Virus record (IMG/VR): IMGVR_UViG_2897358383_000002
Strand: one strand, 5' to 3'
From: a virus
Lineage: Duplodnaviria > Heunggongvirae > Uroviricota > Caudoviricetes
Length of the DNA: 64,000 nucleotides
Shown: positions 34,734-45,143 of the stretch, piece by piece
Numbering within the stretch: position 1 is the first letter of the stretch
How the letters are laid out: each line of letters opens with the position of its first letter
Made by a program: the position numbers and the translations under genes
The notes under the pieces: model-generated
What the model was told of the DNA's origin: nothing
The model's database searches: none
What the model saw: only the letters and a program-made list of their open reading frames with translations

Positions 34734-36323
34734 ATGTCTCAATATTCAATTCAACAGTCATTAGGTAATGCATCCGGCGTCGCGGTTAGCCCGATCAATG
34801 CCGATGCGACGTTATCTACCGGTGTTGCATTAAATAGCAGCTTGTGGGCTGGTATTGGCGTATTTGCGCGTGGCAAGCCGTTTACTGTTCTTGCGGTTAC
34901 TGAGTCCAATTACGAAGATGTTCTTGGCGAACCGCTGAAGCCGTCTTCCGGCTCACAGTTTGAACCAATTCGCCATGTGTACGAAGCTATTCAGCAAACG
35001 TCTGGTTATGTTGTCCGTGCTGTTCCGGATGATGCGAAGTTCCCGATTATTATGTTCGATGAATCAGGCGAACCGGCTAACAGTGCGTTGCCATACGGTT
35101 CTGAAATTGAACTTGATAGCGGCGAAGCCTTTGCTATCTACGTTGATGATGGTGATCCGTGTATTTCACCTACCCGTGAGTTAACCATCGAAACGGCAAC
35201 AGCGGACAGCGCGGGTAATGAACGCTTCCTCTTAAAACTGACCCAGACGACTTCGCTCGGTGTGGTAACGACCCTGGAGACACACACTGTGTCTTTGGCG
35301 GAAGAAGCGAAAGATGACATGGGCCGCTTGTGTTATCTGCCTACGGCTCTGGAAGCCCGTTCTAAATATCTGCGTGCGGTTGTTAATGAAGAGCTGATTT
35401 CTACAGCGAAAGTAACAAATAAAAAATCGGTGGCATTCACTGGCGGTACCAATGGCGATCAGTCGAAAATCTCAACCGCTGCTTACCTGCGTGCGGTTAA
35501 AGTGCTGAATAATGCGCCGTACATGTACACCGCTGTTCTTGGCCTGGGCTGCTATGACAATGCGGCTATCACCGCATTAGGTAAAATCTGTGCAGATCGC
35601 CTGATTGATGGCTTCTTTGATGTCAAACCGACATTAAGGTACGCAGAAGCACTAACAGCTGTTGAGGGTACCGGTTTACTTGGTACCGATTATGTAAGCT
35701 GTTCTGTCTATCACTACCCGTTCTCCTGCAAAGACAAATGGACCCAATCCCGTGTGGTCTTCGGTCTGTCTGGCGCGGCGTATGCGGCGAAAGCTCGTGG
35801 CGTCAAGAAAAACTCTGATGTCGGCGGTTGGCATTACTCACCGGCTGGTGAAGAACGTGCCGTCATTGCTCGTGCGTCAATTCAACCGCTGTATCCGGAA
35901 GATACCCCGGACGAAGAAGCAATGGTCAAGGGCCGTCTCAATAAAGTATCTGTTGGCACCTCTGGCCAGATGATCATCGACGATGCTTTAACTTGCTGCA
36001 CGCAGGATAACTATCTGCACTTCCAGCACGTCCCATCCCTGATGAATGCAATCAGTCGTTTCTTTGTCCAGTTAGCCCGACAGATGAAGCATAGCCCGGA
36101 CGGTATTACTGCGGCTGGCCTGACTAAAGGGATGACCAAACTTTTAGATCGCTTTGTCGCCTCCGGCGCTCTGGTGGCTCCTCGTGATCCCGATGCTGAC
36201 GGTACAGAACCGTATGTGCTGAAAGTTACGCAGGCGGAATTCGATAAATGGGAAGTAGTCTGGGCCTGCTGCCCGACTGGCGTAGCCCGTCGTATCCAGG
36301 GCGTACCGCTGCTTATTAAGTAA
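34734..36323 (+). CDS. Hypothetical structural protein (529 aa)
   Basis: ATG with GGGAAA SD. In the structural operon. Confidence 0.55.
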   Translation: MSQYSIQQSLGNASGVAVSPINADATLSTGVALNSSLWAGIGVFARGKPFTVLAVTESNYEDVLGEPLKPSSGSQFEPIRHVYEAIQQTSGYVVRAVPDDAKFPIIMFDESGEPANSALPYGSEIELDSGEAFAIYVDDGDPCISPTRELTIETATADSAGNERFLLKLTQTTSLGVVTTLETHTVSLAEEAKDDMGRLCYLPTALEARSKYLRAVVNEELISTAKVTNKKSVAFTGGTNGDQSKISTAAYLRAVKVLNNAPYMYTAVLGLGCYDNAAITALGKICADRLIDGFFDVKPTLRYAEALTAVEGTGLLGTDYVSCSVYHYPFSCKDKWTQSRVVFGLSGAAYAAKARGVKKNSDVGGWHYSPAGEERAVIARASIQPLYPEDTPDEEAMVKGRLNKVSVGTSGQMIIDDALTCCTQDNYLHFQHVPSLMNAISRFFVQLARQMKHSPDGITAAGLTKGMTKLLDRFVASGALVAPRDPDADGTEPYVLKVTQAEFDKWEVVWACCPTGVARRIQGVPLLIK

Positions 36324-36332
36324 GGGAATACA

Positions 36333-37148
36333 ATGAGCAAAAACTTTTTTCAATCCGGGGCATTTTTGGGGAATGGACTGTCCCGTTTCGCTTTGAACTC
36401 TGATCCTGTGCAGCTGATGGAGTCTGCCCGAGCAAGCGCCGAACCGCCAACAGATCCGGTTATTAATAATAATCCGGAACCGGCGGCACAGACTAACGAT
36501 AACGTTCCATCTGCCCCGGCTCCAGAGCAAATCCTGGAAGGGAAAGACGGTAAAGAATGGACCGTCGAACAGGCGCACCAGATGATTCTGGAAGCTGCAA
36601 ATCGAAGTGCTATGCAGAATGCGTTGAGTGATGCGGCCGACGCCGTTTTCTCCTGGGCTGATAGCGGTGATCTGACTTTCGACTCCCTTGATGGTTTCGT
36701 TCAGGCTATCGCTGGTATCTCTGATGACGACGACTCCGAAGTTACAGAAGAACAGGACGATGCCTATAACGAAGCATGGGCAAATGTTGCTGACTTCCTC
36801 GCAGCATGCGGTGTAGATGATGACCTGATCGAAGCACTGGCTGACGATGAAGACGACGACGCTGCTGCTGATGTTGGTGCCTCTATCGCTGGTTTAGATA
36901 GCGACGACCGCGACGAACTGGAAGCGGCGTTTGTTGTTGCTGGCACTTCTGATGAAATGCTGACTGAAGCATTTAAGAAGGTTGTTCGTAACGGTGAGAT
37001 CAAACTCATCCGTAAACGCCTGCGTAAAAAACGTCTGACTGCGGCTCAAAAATCGGCGCTGAAAAAAGCGCGTCGAAAAGCCCAGACCGGCGCGGCAAAA
37101 CTTGCCCGCAAAAAGTCAATGAAACTGCGCCGTAAGCGCCTTGGCTAA
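36333..37148 (+). CDS. Acidic protein with strongly basic C-terminal tail
   Basis: 271 aa. D/E-rich body, then KLIRKRLRKKRLTAAQKSALKKARRKAQ...RRKRLG. Confidence 0.55.
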   Translation: MSKNFFQSGAFLGNGLSRFALNSDPVQLMESARASAEPPTDPVINNNPEPAAQTNDNVPSAPAPEQILEGKDGKEWTVEQAHQMILEAANRSAMQNALSDAADAVFSWADSGDLTFDSLDGFVQAIAGISDDDDSEVTEEQDDAYNEAWANVADFLAACGVDDDLIEALADDEDDDAAADVGASIAGLDSDDRDELEAAFVVAGTSDEMLTEAFKKVVRNGEIKLIRKRLRKKRLTAAQKSALKKARRKAQTGAAKLARKKSMKLRRKRLG

Positions 37149-37183
37149 AGGAGGAGGCCGGAGAACTCCGGCCTTTAACTTGA

Positions 37184-37765
37184 ATGGCACCTATACCTTA
37201 TGGGGTTTACAGCCAGGCTGACGGTGTATCGCCATTTCTGAAAGTTACTTTAACGAACTCTCAGTACCAGGTTACCGGATATATCAGCCAGGGAGCGGCA
37301 ATGAACATGGCCCAGAATTGGGAAGCGCCGTTTACCGGTATGTCCATGGGATCTGTTTCTGGTGCTCTGGGTGGTTTTGTGCAAGTAGGTACTGAAACAA
37401 CGTCGGTTGCCCGTTGGAATAGCTTAATGGTTTGGGAAGGGGGGACTCCGCCGACGTTCACGCTGCCTGTAACTTTCATTGCTTTGAACAATCCATTCAT
37501 TGAAGTTTCAGGCGCTATCGCCGCGTTGACAGCCATGATTAGCCCGGAACTAAAAGCGGCCAATGTTGGTGGTCGAATCCCGGAGCGCGTGACGCTAAAC
37601 ATTGGTCGCCGGATCAACATCACCGATGTCGCCATCCAGGACTTAAGTTTTGATCTCGATGCGCCAAGGGACAGTAATGGATATTTCCTGAAAAACACCG
37701 TCAACCTCCAGTTGACCGGTTCTTCGATATATAACAGCTCCGATATTGTTCGGGCGTTCCAGTAA
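37184..37765 (+). CDS. Hypothetical structural protein (193 aa)
   Basis: ORF in the operon. Start uncertain. Confidence 0.5.
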   Translation: MAPIPYGVYSQADGVSPFLKVTLTNSQYQVTGYISQGAAMNMAQNWEAPFTGMSMGSVSGALGGFVQVGTETTSVARWNSLMVWEGGTPPTFTLPVTFIALNNPFIEVSGAIAALTAMISPELKAANVGGRIPERVTLNIGRRINITDVAIQDLSFDLDAPRDSNGYFLKNTVNLQLTGSSIYNSSDIVRAFQ

Positions 37766-37776
37766 AAGGATTTTAT

Positions 37777-38286
37777 ATGGGGCACAATAACACTAAGGGA
37801 AACCGTAAATTTATTAAGGGCCGCTATACTGCCAACGCGGCCAAAGGCGAACGACTGGTATCTTCTGAATTCCAGCTCACTTTTGCAGGCCATGAAGATA
37901 TCAGCGTACTGGTTCGCACGTCGCAAATCCCTGAAATGACACGCGAGGATGTGGAGGACTATGGTCCGAATGGTGTGAAGTTCAACCAGCACGGACCAAT
38001 TCGAAACTCTGGGGAAATCCAGGTCCAGTGCGTGGAGACTATCGAAGGCGATATTCTTCAGTTCATCAAGGATCGCATTGCGGCGAAGGACTATGTTGAT
38101 ATCACGATGGCTGCTACCCCTGAATCCAAATCTTCCGGGGTTAACGCTGTGACAAAAGCTGCTACAACAATTGAAATGTTGGACTGCAAAATCTACAGTG
38201 ATGCAATCGACTTTAGTACCGAAGATGTGACTGCCGCTGTGCGCCCGTCACTTCGTATCGTCTACAACTGGATTGAGTGGGATTAA
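37777..38286 (+). CDS. Hypothetical structural protein (169 aa)
   Basis: ATG with AAAGGA SD. Followed by a terminator. Confidence 0.55.
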   Translation: MGHNNTKGNRKFIKGRYTANAAKGERLVSSEFQLTFAGHEDISVLVRTSQIPEMTREDVEDYGPNGVKFNQHGPIRNSGEIQVQCVETIEGDILQFIKDRIAAKDYVDITMAATPESKSSGVNAVTKAATTIEMLDCKIYSDAIDFSTEDVTAAVRPSLRIVYNWIEWD

Positions 38287-38305
38287 GAGTCATCCCTTGT
38301 ATTTT

Positions 38306-38330
38306 AAAGCTCCTTCGGGAGCTTTTTTTA
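38306..38330 (+). terminator. Rho-independent terminator
   Basis: AAAGCTCC-TTCG-GGAGCTTT followed by TTTTTTTA. Confidence 0.7.
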
Positions 38331-38389
38331 TAACTATTTTATATAAGAATGCATCGATAACATTGTCTTGAGTTTTATGTTAGATTATT

Positions 38390-38404
38390 AATGTTCTAAT
38401 AAAC
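38390..38404 (+). promoter_or_regulatory. Late-promoter-like box variant (TGTTCTAATAAAC, then TTATTGAGG)
   Basis: Resembles the 12443 box. About 55 nt upstream of the next gene. Confidence 0.3.
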
Positions 38405-38457
38405 TACAATTATTGAGGTAGATGTTTGTGCCTGTACTGTTAAAGGGGGACTCTAAA

Positions 38458-39054
38458 ATGGCTGTGATTCCAATGTCGTACTCCCCGGGTACTGTCGCTC
38501 GTCGATTTTCGATCCTGGACGGAGTTACCATCCAGGGTGTGCTTTACCAGGTTATATGGGATTCCAAAACCCCATTTGCAGCTGTAATAGAGGCTGCGCC
38601 TTCTGTTATCGATGGTGATATGCGCCATAAGGTTGTCGCTACTCTTGAACTTCAACGTCGCCCGCAGCTTGAAGGCGTACTGGTAAGGAAGTTCTGGGAG
38701 GATAGCGATGTTGCCCAGATTGAAGGTATCGTGGTTGATGGAACCGTCCGGGATGTCGGTTTAGCTACTTTTGTTTACGAAACCGTAGCCTCAAAAGCTG
38801 GTGTTGTTTTGCTCAGTGATAATGAGCAATACGAAGGTGGAAAAGCTCTTTGGCAACACATCGCCCGTCGCTCTTCCGAGCTAAAAGTGTTTATCCTCGA
38901 CACCGATGCCGCTCAGTATTACCCGTTTGACGGCGAACGTGTTTGCTATGACGGGGTAAGTATTCCTGAATCCGAGATATGGAGTGAACACCCAGATCGA
39001 AGTAAGCATGGGGTTGTTCTGGTCGCTGAATCCATAATTGGAAAGGCGGCATAG
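38458..39054 (+). CDS. Hypothetical protein
   Basis: ATG 38458 (MAVIPMSYSPG...). Track ORF starts at an upstream alternative start. Confidence 0.5.
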   Translation: MAVIPMSYSPGTVARRFSILDGVTIQGVLYQVIWDSKTPFAAVIEAAPSVIDGDMRHKVVATLELQRRPQLEGVLVRKFWEDSDVAQIEGIVVDGTVRDVGLATFVYETVASKAGVVLLSDNEQYEGGKALWQHIARRSSELKVFILDTDAAQYYPFDGERVCYDGVSIPESEIWSEHPDRSKHGVVLVAESIIGKAA

Positions 39055-39236
39055 CAGTAAAAAATTCCTTGCTCCTAAAAAGGGGAGAGGGCTAATCTAC
39101 GTATGCTAAGCATAGATATGGCCTCAGATTAATGTTAAGCGTCTTGCAGGACGCGTAATGTTATCTGGGGCTTTCTTCTATCTGCTTGTCGGGTAATGCC
39201 TGAAGCAGATAGCCTCAAGCACCCGCAGCGATTGTA

Positions 39237-39482
39237 TCAATGTCTGGCTTTTTTTCTATAGAAATCACCTGGAAGGGTGAATATCCACATCAGAAGAAAT
39301 GTTGCAGCAAACATGATCCCTAATGGCCAGACCGCGCCAAAGAAAATCCATACTAAGATCTCCTCTGCTCGTTCTTTGCGGTCGATATCGACAAGCATTT
39401 TTCGGCTGATCATGTATACACAGAAGCCAATACAAACATATCCTGCAAAAGCGATCGCTAACTGTAAAAAATCAGATTGCAT
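39237..39482 (-). CDS. Small membrane protein (about 81 aa)
   Basis: ATG 39482 with GAGG SD. Two hydrophobic helices. Degenerate late-box-like sequence just upstream. Confidence 0.4.
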   Translation of the reverse strand: MQSDFLQLAIAFAGYVCIGFCVYMISRKMLVDIDRKERAEEILVWIFFGAVWPLGIMFAATFLLMWIFTLPGDFYRKKARH

Positions 39483-39532
39483 CTCCGACCTCAAACTGAA
39501 AACGCCAGGTGACTCCAGATTAGAGCAATCTA

Positions 39533-40378
39533 TCACCCTCTGAATCCTGCCGGTATACCCCATTTTTCGTTATCTTTATTTTTGGCTAAAACCGCATTAA
39601 GAGCTTCGTTTACCGTCATGCAATGCGGCAAATTATCGAAGTTTGATACCCCGCCAATATCAGGAGAACGCTTGTTCTTCAGGTAAGCATATTTCCGCGC
39701 TGCCGCCTCTACTTTCTGCTTGAACTCATGTTTTTGTGCGCGTTTTTTGGATAACCGCAGATTGTCAGCCTTTGCTTTTGTCTCAGCGATCCATGAAGTC
39801 AATTTTTTGAGTCTGCTCGTTCCGGCACCGCCGGAAACTGATCTTTTTGTTTTTTTAACTTGTGACTTCTTATTCTTTATTGCCACGTCATCCTGACAGG
39901 GGGAGGGGGTATCATTTTGACATGGGGGTGTGGATAAAAAATTAAATAAAGCCAATGTCTTAGCGAGAACAGCTTTAACCTTGGTTGCCGCTGAAGAGAT
40001 CTTTAATTTGCTTTCAATCAGCGCATTTTTGGCTTGTTGTGCGAAGGCCAAAAAGGATGGTGTAAACCGGTACAGGTTAGCGCGACGTTCACGGTGATCG
40101 CCGATAACAATCTCTACAGACAGGATTCCTTTGTTTACAGCTTCACGGAATGCACGAACGACGGTTGATTGGCTATAACCAGTTTCTGCCGCGATCAGGC
40201 GGTGAGGCTTGTGAATGAAGTATTCACTGGTTGTTGCCGCGAGATTTGCACATTGCGACAGGATATGCCCGGCGCTACGGGATAGACCGGAGTGTGTTAC
40301 AAAGCAGGCCAATTCATAGCCAGAAAAAGTAAAATCGCTCATCGTTATACAGCTCAGGAAAGTGACTTTAGCCAGCAT
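39533..40378 (-). CDS. repL: Lytic replicon protein, RepL-like
   Basis: 281 aa directly downstream of the kilA-like gene, as in the P1 kilA-repL operon. Call rests on synteny and size. Confidence 0.5.
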   Translation of the reverse strand: MLAKVTFLSCITMSDFTFSGYELACFVTHSGLSRSAGHILSQCANLAATTSEYFIHKPHRLIAAETGYSQSTVVRAFREAVNKGILSVEIVIGDHRERRANLYRFTPSFLAFAQQAKNALIESKLKISSAATKVKAVLAKTLALFNFLSTPPCQNDTPSPCQDDVAIKNKKSQVKKTKRSVSGGAGTSRLKKLTSWIAETKAKADNLRLSKKRAQKHEFKQKVEAAARKYAYLKNKRSPDIGGVSNFDNLPHCMTVNEALNAVLAKNKDNEKWGIPAGFRG

Positions 40379-40407
40379 TACAATGCTGGTGGTTCTTACT
40401 ACGTCTG

Positions 40408-41208
40408 TTAGCGCGTTGCCGCGACAGGTACCAGCACACCAGCATCAAGCAATCGCTTCATCAGCCACTGCTGACCTTTGCCGGTTATACGAGTCGTGAA
40501 AGAAATCCTGCTTCCATTGCTTGTATCGATCACGGTTTCTTTAAGGGTGAAATACCCACGGGATATGTATTCTTGTTTGGGGACGTTCCTGCGTTCACCG
40601 GTTGCGATCAGAATTCCGTTATCACGCAACCAGGTGAAGAGATAGTTTTGGCCCAGGCCGAGCACTTTGGCATAGTTGCCGATTAGAACCCCGCTGGCGG
40701 TAGCAACGCGTTCGGCGAATTCGACTTTAGGTGCATCCATAAGCATTTTTTGCTCCAGCCGTTGCTTTTGCTCTGCCAGGTCGGCAGCCAAACGGAGAGC
40801 TTCAGGGAGACTCTGCGGAATAGCAGGTTGTAATCTTCCGGCTCGATAGTCGATAAATGTCTGGTTTACCTTCAGCCGAAACGCGGGAGAAATCCAGCCT
40901 GCGTACTCCACAGCGAGCAATTCATGGGCAAAAGTGCCGCCGCCACGGCCTTCGAACGAAACTATGCAATTCTGCATAGTTTCTTTTTCAAGCTCTTCGA
41001 TGAGCTGTTTGGCTGACAGCGTTCTTAGCCATTGAGCTGGCGCTTTATGGGCACCGAGTCCGCTCGCTCTGTGTAGAGCATTAAGGTTGTAACGGCCAGC
41101 GCGGTCGGTCGTAATTTCAACACCACAAATAACAGGCAGAGTGGTTGAAGGATCGACATTTTGATGAAGGTTTGATATATTCATATCCGCATTGAATGTT
41201 TGTTGCAT
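40408..41208 (-). CDS. kilA: KilA-like protein sharing a C-terminal domain with the antirepressor
   Basis: 266 aa. C-terminal region (LPEALRLAADLAEQKQRLEQ...GQQWLMKRLLDAGVL) is paralogous to the C-terminus of the 347-aa gene. Confidence 0.65.
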   Translation of the reverse strand: MQQTFNADMNISNLHQNVDPSTTLPVICGVEITTDRAGRYNLNALHRASGLGAHKAPAQWLRTLSAKQLIEELEKETMQNCIVSFEGRGGGTFAHELLAVEYAGWISPAFRLKVNQTFIDYRAGRLQPAIPQSLPEALRLAADLAEQKQRLEQKMLMDAPKVEFAERVATASGVLIGNYAKVLGLGQNYLFTWLRDNGILIATGERRNVPKQEYISRGYFTLKETVIDTSNGSRISFTTRITGKGQQWLMKRLLDAGVLVPVAATR

Positions 41209-41278
41209 TTTTTCTCCAAATTTGCATCAACCTTCAATCACCAGCTCGAAATGGTGATTCTTTGCACTTAGAAAACGA

Positions 41279-41294
41279 AATTTATTAGAGCAAA
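41279..41294 (-). promoter_or_regulatory. Late-promoter-like box (TTTGCTCTAATAAATT)
   Basis: 70 nt upstream of the kilA-like start. Confidence 0.4.
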
Positions 41295-41372
41295 TTTTTC
41301 TGACTCGATCCAGATCGGGTTGGACGATCTGCTCAGAAACCTGCCAGTTTGCTGGCAGGTTTTTTTCTTTTG

Positions 41373-42416
41373 TTAACCTATTGCTACTGGTTTTAACAAA
41401 CCAGCATCAAGTAGCTTGCGAGTTAACCACTGCTGGCCTTTACCCGTTAATTGGGGCGTCAGCCGTATCTGGTAGCCATTTTCATCATCCAGCACCACTT
41501 CTTTCACCGTGAAATACCCGGCGTTGATGTACTGTTGGCGCGGTACGTTTTTGCGCGCACCAAAAGCCATGAGAATGCCGTTCTGGCGCAACCATGAGAA
41601 AAGGGCGTTTTGCTTAAGTCCAACGACCTTTGCAAAGTTCCCGATCAGGATTCCATTGGCCGCTGATACCCGGTCGGCAAAATCGACTTTAGGGGCTGCG
41701 GCCACCAGCTGCTGTTCCAACTGCATTTTCTGTTCTGCCAACTCGGCAGCCAGGCGTAGAGCTTCTGGTAATGTTTGGGGGATCGATGGGGCAGGGGAGT
41801 TTGCCTGCTGCAATTCTTCCAGTTTGTCGATCAGCGAACGGCGGACCGCTTTTGACTCACGCGCGGCGACTCGCAAGGCTTGTTTGTAGGTCATGGTGAT
41901 GACCTCAAAAGAGCGCCCAGCCCTTGTGCCATGGGATTTTGCACTTTTTGTGTAAAATTCACCTTCAAGTTCATCGAGTATTTTTTCGATGAATTTATTG
42001 TTTCTAACCTCTGGTTCTCCACATAACTTGCGTGCCTCATTGACCATCTTCAACAATGTTTGGCTGTCGATTGTGTCTCCGGTGTTGGGGATGACATTCA
42101 CGGCTGGTGTTGGCGTAGCTGACGTAACAGGTGCTGGTTTCTCAACATTCAAATTTTTACCGGTCACTCTATGTGCCTCCTTTCTCATTTCTGCTGCCAC
42201 TGTTGCGTAACGTAGACGTCCTTGTTCAATCAAATAATCCCTGATCTCGGCTATCAGTAGCCTGTTGATCACAGCCTTATCTGTTCGGGTATAAAAACGT
42301 CTGGTTATCATGAAATAGTTAGCAATTGCGCCGGGGATCTCCCGTGTCGGCATACAGGCAGTATGCAAGGCGATCGCTTCGGCTATTTCATTACGGGTGA
42401 CGAGAGGTGTTTTCAT
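41373..42416 (-). CDS. ant: Antirepressor (Ant-like)
   Basis: 347 aa. Start ATG overlaps the stop of the upstream small ORF (ATGA), the arrangement described for P1 icd-ant. Confidence 0.75.
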   Translation of the reverse strand: MKTPLVTRNEIAEAIALHTACMPTREIPGAIANYFMITRRFYTRTDKAVINRLLIAEIRDYLIEQGRLRYATVAAEMRKEAHRVTGKNLNVEKPAPVTSATPTPAVNVIPNTGDTIDSQTLLKMVNEARKLCGEPEVRNNKFIEKILDELEGEFYTKSAKSHGTRAGRSFEVITMTYKQALRVAARESKAVRRSLIDKLEELQQANSPAPSIPQTLPEALRLAAELAEQKMQLEQQLVAAAPKVDFADRVSAANGILIGNFAKVVGLKQNALFSWLRQNGILMAFGARKNVPRQQYINAGYFTVKEVVLDDENGYQIRLTPQLTGKGQQWLTRKLLDAGLLKPVAIG

Positions 42417-42634
42417 AACCCCCCCTGAACGTCGGCAGAGAAGGGGAGGCTCCAGTAACTAAGTGAATTGCGCGAGTTAGTTGAAAAACGGGCAGTAAAA
42501 ATGCAGGGGCCATCAGGCAATTGAGAGCGTGCTTCGTCTTCTGTTGCTGCGATAACGAAGTGATAGTGGTGTTTTTTACAGGAATAGAAACGCCAGATGA
42601 ATTCTTGGCGTGCGCAAGGATTGGCATTAACCAT
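42413..42634 (-). CDS. icd: Icd-like small protein (73 aa), translationally coupled to ant
   Basis: Internal ATG at 42634 with GAGG SD gives exactly 73 aa ending in a TGA that overlaps the ant ATG. Confidence 0.55.
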   Translation of the reverse strand: MVNANPCARQEFIWRFYSCKKHHYHFVIAATEDEARSQLPDGPCIFTARFSTNSRNSLSYWSLPFSADVQGGL

Positions 42635-42950
42635 AGTTACGGCCTCATTCGTAGGTTTAACAACCTGCGCCCCGCTGCTAAACGGGTGGCAGGACGTGAC
42701 GGGGTTAGCAGACTGGCACGAATGAAACCAGCAGGCCGAAGCCTCCCCATCACGCCCCACCATAATTCGGGCGTAACGTGGTTTTACGGACACAAAAATT
42801 CCGCAATATCGGATATCTGCGGTTGTCCGCATTCGTATTCAGGCTGCTAAACCCGGTCGCAGAATTTGCTACGACGGCGGAACTATAAGCCTGAACGATT
42901 AAAAGGTCAATATGATGCGAAAAGATAGCATTCGCGACTTAAAAATACAA

Positions 42951-42964
42951 ATTTATTAGAGCAT
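42951..42964 (-). promoter_or_regulatory. Late-promoter-like box (ATGCTCTAATAAAT)
   Basis: Same box. Lies upstream of the c4/icd/ant region on the reverse strand. Confidence 0.35.
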
Positions 42965-43061
42965 TATTTGTGCAATAAATGCACAAATGGATCTAATAAC
43001 CTCTTTTTTTTAAAGGCGAAAATATGTACCCTAAATGGGTTATAAGGCAGGTGAGATTATA

Positions 43062-43193
43062 ATGAGAAGACTATTACTACCGTTATTATTTATGGCCGGG
43101 ACTGTTAATGCAGCATCAAGCGTAAAGGAGATTTGTACCGATTATACGAAATACCTTGGGCACGTTTACGCCTTTGCGATCAATGACTATTAA
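43062..43193 (+). CDS. Small signal-peptide peptide (43 aa: MRRLLLPLLFMAGTVNA / ASSVKEICTDYTKYLGHVYAFAINDY)
   Basis: GGTGAG SD. Classic Sec signal peptide with AxA site. In the AT-rich islet. Confidence 0.35.
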   Translation: MRRLLLPLLFMAGTVNAASSVKEICTDYTKYLGHVYAFAINDY

Positions 43194-43214
43194 TCCATGC
43201 GTAGGAGTGGATTT

Positions 43215-43532
43215 ATGCTGATTCGTTTGTTTTTAGTGCTTTCCTTTTTAACATTTAATGTTTTTGCTGATGAAGTTGACTTTTCGAAGGTAGATTGCAA
43301 TTCAGTGGAAACAAGAAAAGCTCTTATTGAAGAATATAACGAAATATTATCGTCATATGGAATAACAGTGGTTGATTCTTATAATCAAAAAACTATTCAG
43401 AAAGGAATAAATAAACTGGTTTGTTATGGTGTTTACCAATATTCAGATGGCTCTTCGGAGTATGTTATTTATAAAGCATACCCAAATAGTCTTGGTGAAT
43501 TGATTAGTGAGTTTAAACCGATTAATGAGTGA
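43215..43532 (+). CDS. Secreted small protein (signal peptide, 2 Cys)
   Basis: ATG 43215 with GGAG SD. MLIRLFLVLSFLTFNVFA then DEVDF. AT-rich codon usage. Confidence 0.55.
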   Translation: MLIRLFLVLSFLTFNVFADEVDFSKVDCNSVETRKALIEEYNEILSSYGITVVDSYNQKTIQKGINKLVCYGVYQYSDGSSEYVIYKAYPNSLGELISEFKPINE

Positions 43533-43539
43533 ATGGAAA

Positions 43540-44319
43540 ATGAAATTATTTAATGTAATAACATTTTGTTGTGCTATTTTTGCTGGAAGCGCGATAGCTG
43601 ATAATAAATTGCCAGATTGGCTTTCTACTTCAAAAAAAGATTATGATTTAGTAAGGGTGTTCTATTTGTCTGGATTTGCCTCGAAAGCAATGAATAATCA
43701 ATTTGGTTATCATTTTCCATCTGAGTTGGTTAATGATTTTAAAGATAATGAATTTGCCGCTCAGGAAAAATGGAATACAATTTCAATTCTATATGGTGAA
43801 ATAAAATCCATAAGAATGGTGAATAATGAACCAATTGTAGAGTTATTTACTCCAGGGGAAAATGCAACGCCACTAAATTATATCAAATTGAAAGTGTTGG
43901 ATTCAAAACAAAACTCTCTGTTAAAACTAAAAAAAGGGGATGATATATATGCAGTGTGCTCCGGTGCTAATTTTAGGTTAGTGCCAATTCTGAGCAACTG
44001 CACTCCAGCAACTGACGTCATTGATGCTGCACTCTCTTTTTCTGGTGAATATATGTTCCCTGCTTTTGATTCTTTTTCACCTACTAAGCAAAACGTCAAA
44101 TATATATTCACAAATCAAGATCCTGTTCAGATGATGAATTTTATAGGGTACCTATCCTTAGTCGATACAACGAAGGATAAGAATAAAATGGATATGGTTC
44201 GTAAGTGTACGCCTTGGAAGCCGGAATGTTCACAACAATTCGTTGATGTAATGGAAGGATTTGATAACATCATGTATAAATATGAGAGGGAATTTAAAAA
44301 TTACATAGAATTAAAATAG
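43540..44319 (+). CDS. Secreted or periplasmic protein (signal peptide, 4 Cys)
   Basis: MKLFNVITFCCAIFAGSAIA then DNK. AT-rich. Track ORF starts 33 nt earlier. Confidence 0.55.
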   Translation: MKLFNVITFCCAIFAGSAIADNKLPDWLSTSKKDYDLVRVFYLSGFASKAMNNQFGYHFPSELVNDFKDNEFAAQEKWNTISILYGEIKSIRMVNNEPIVELFTPGENATPLNYIKLKVLDSKQNSLLKLKKGDDIYAVCSGANFRLVPILSNCTPATDVIDAALSFSGEYMFPAFDSFSPTKQNVKYIFTNQDPVQMMNFIGYLSLVDTTKDKNKMDMVRKCTPWKPECSQQFVDVMEGFDNIMYKYEREFKNYIELK

Positions 44320-44353
44320 TATTTGAAAGGATAGTCAATTTAAGTTTTAACAA

Positions 44354-44382
44354 AACGCCCATTAAAGGGCGTTTTATTGTTT
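44354..44382 (+). terminator. Rho-independent terminator
   Basis: AACGCCC-ATTAAA-GGGCGTT followed by TTATTGTTTT. Confidence 0.65.
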
Positions 44383-44542
44383 TACTCAAAACAACCTGAC
44401 TCAAAGCAACCTGATTGTGTGATAACCATATGATACTCCTCATTCCATCTACACTACCTACTCTAACTTAATGATACCATATTACTCCCGGACGGCAATA
44501 TTCCCACTCAATGAACAAATGACTACTCGTAGAATCGGTTAA

Positions 44543-45133
<591 letters not shown>

Positions 45134-45143
45134 GGGGGCTGAT

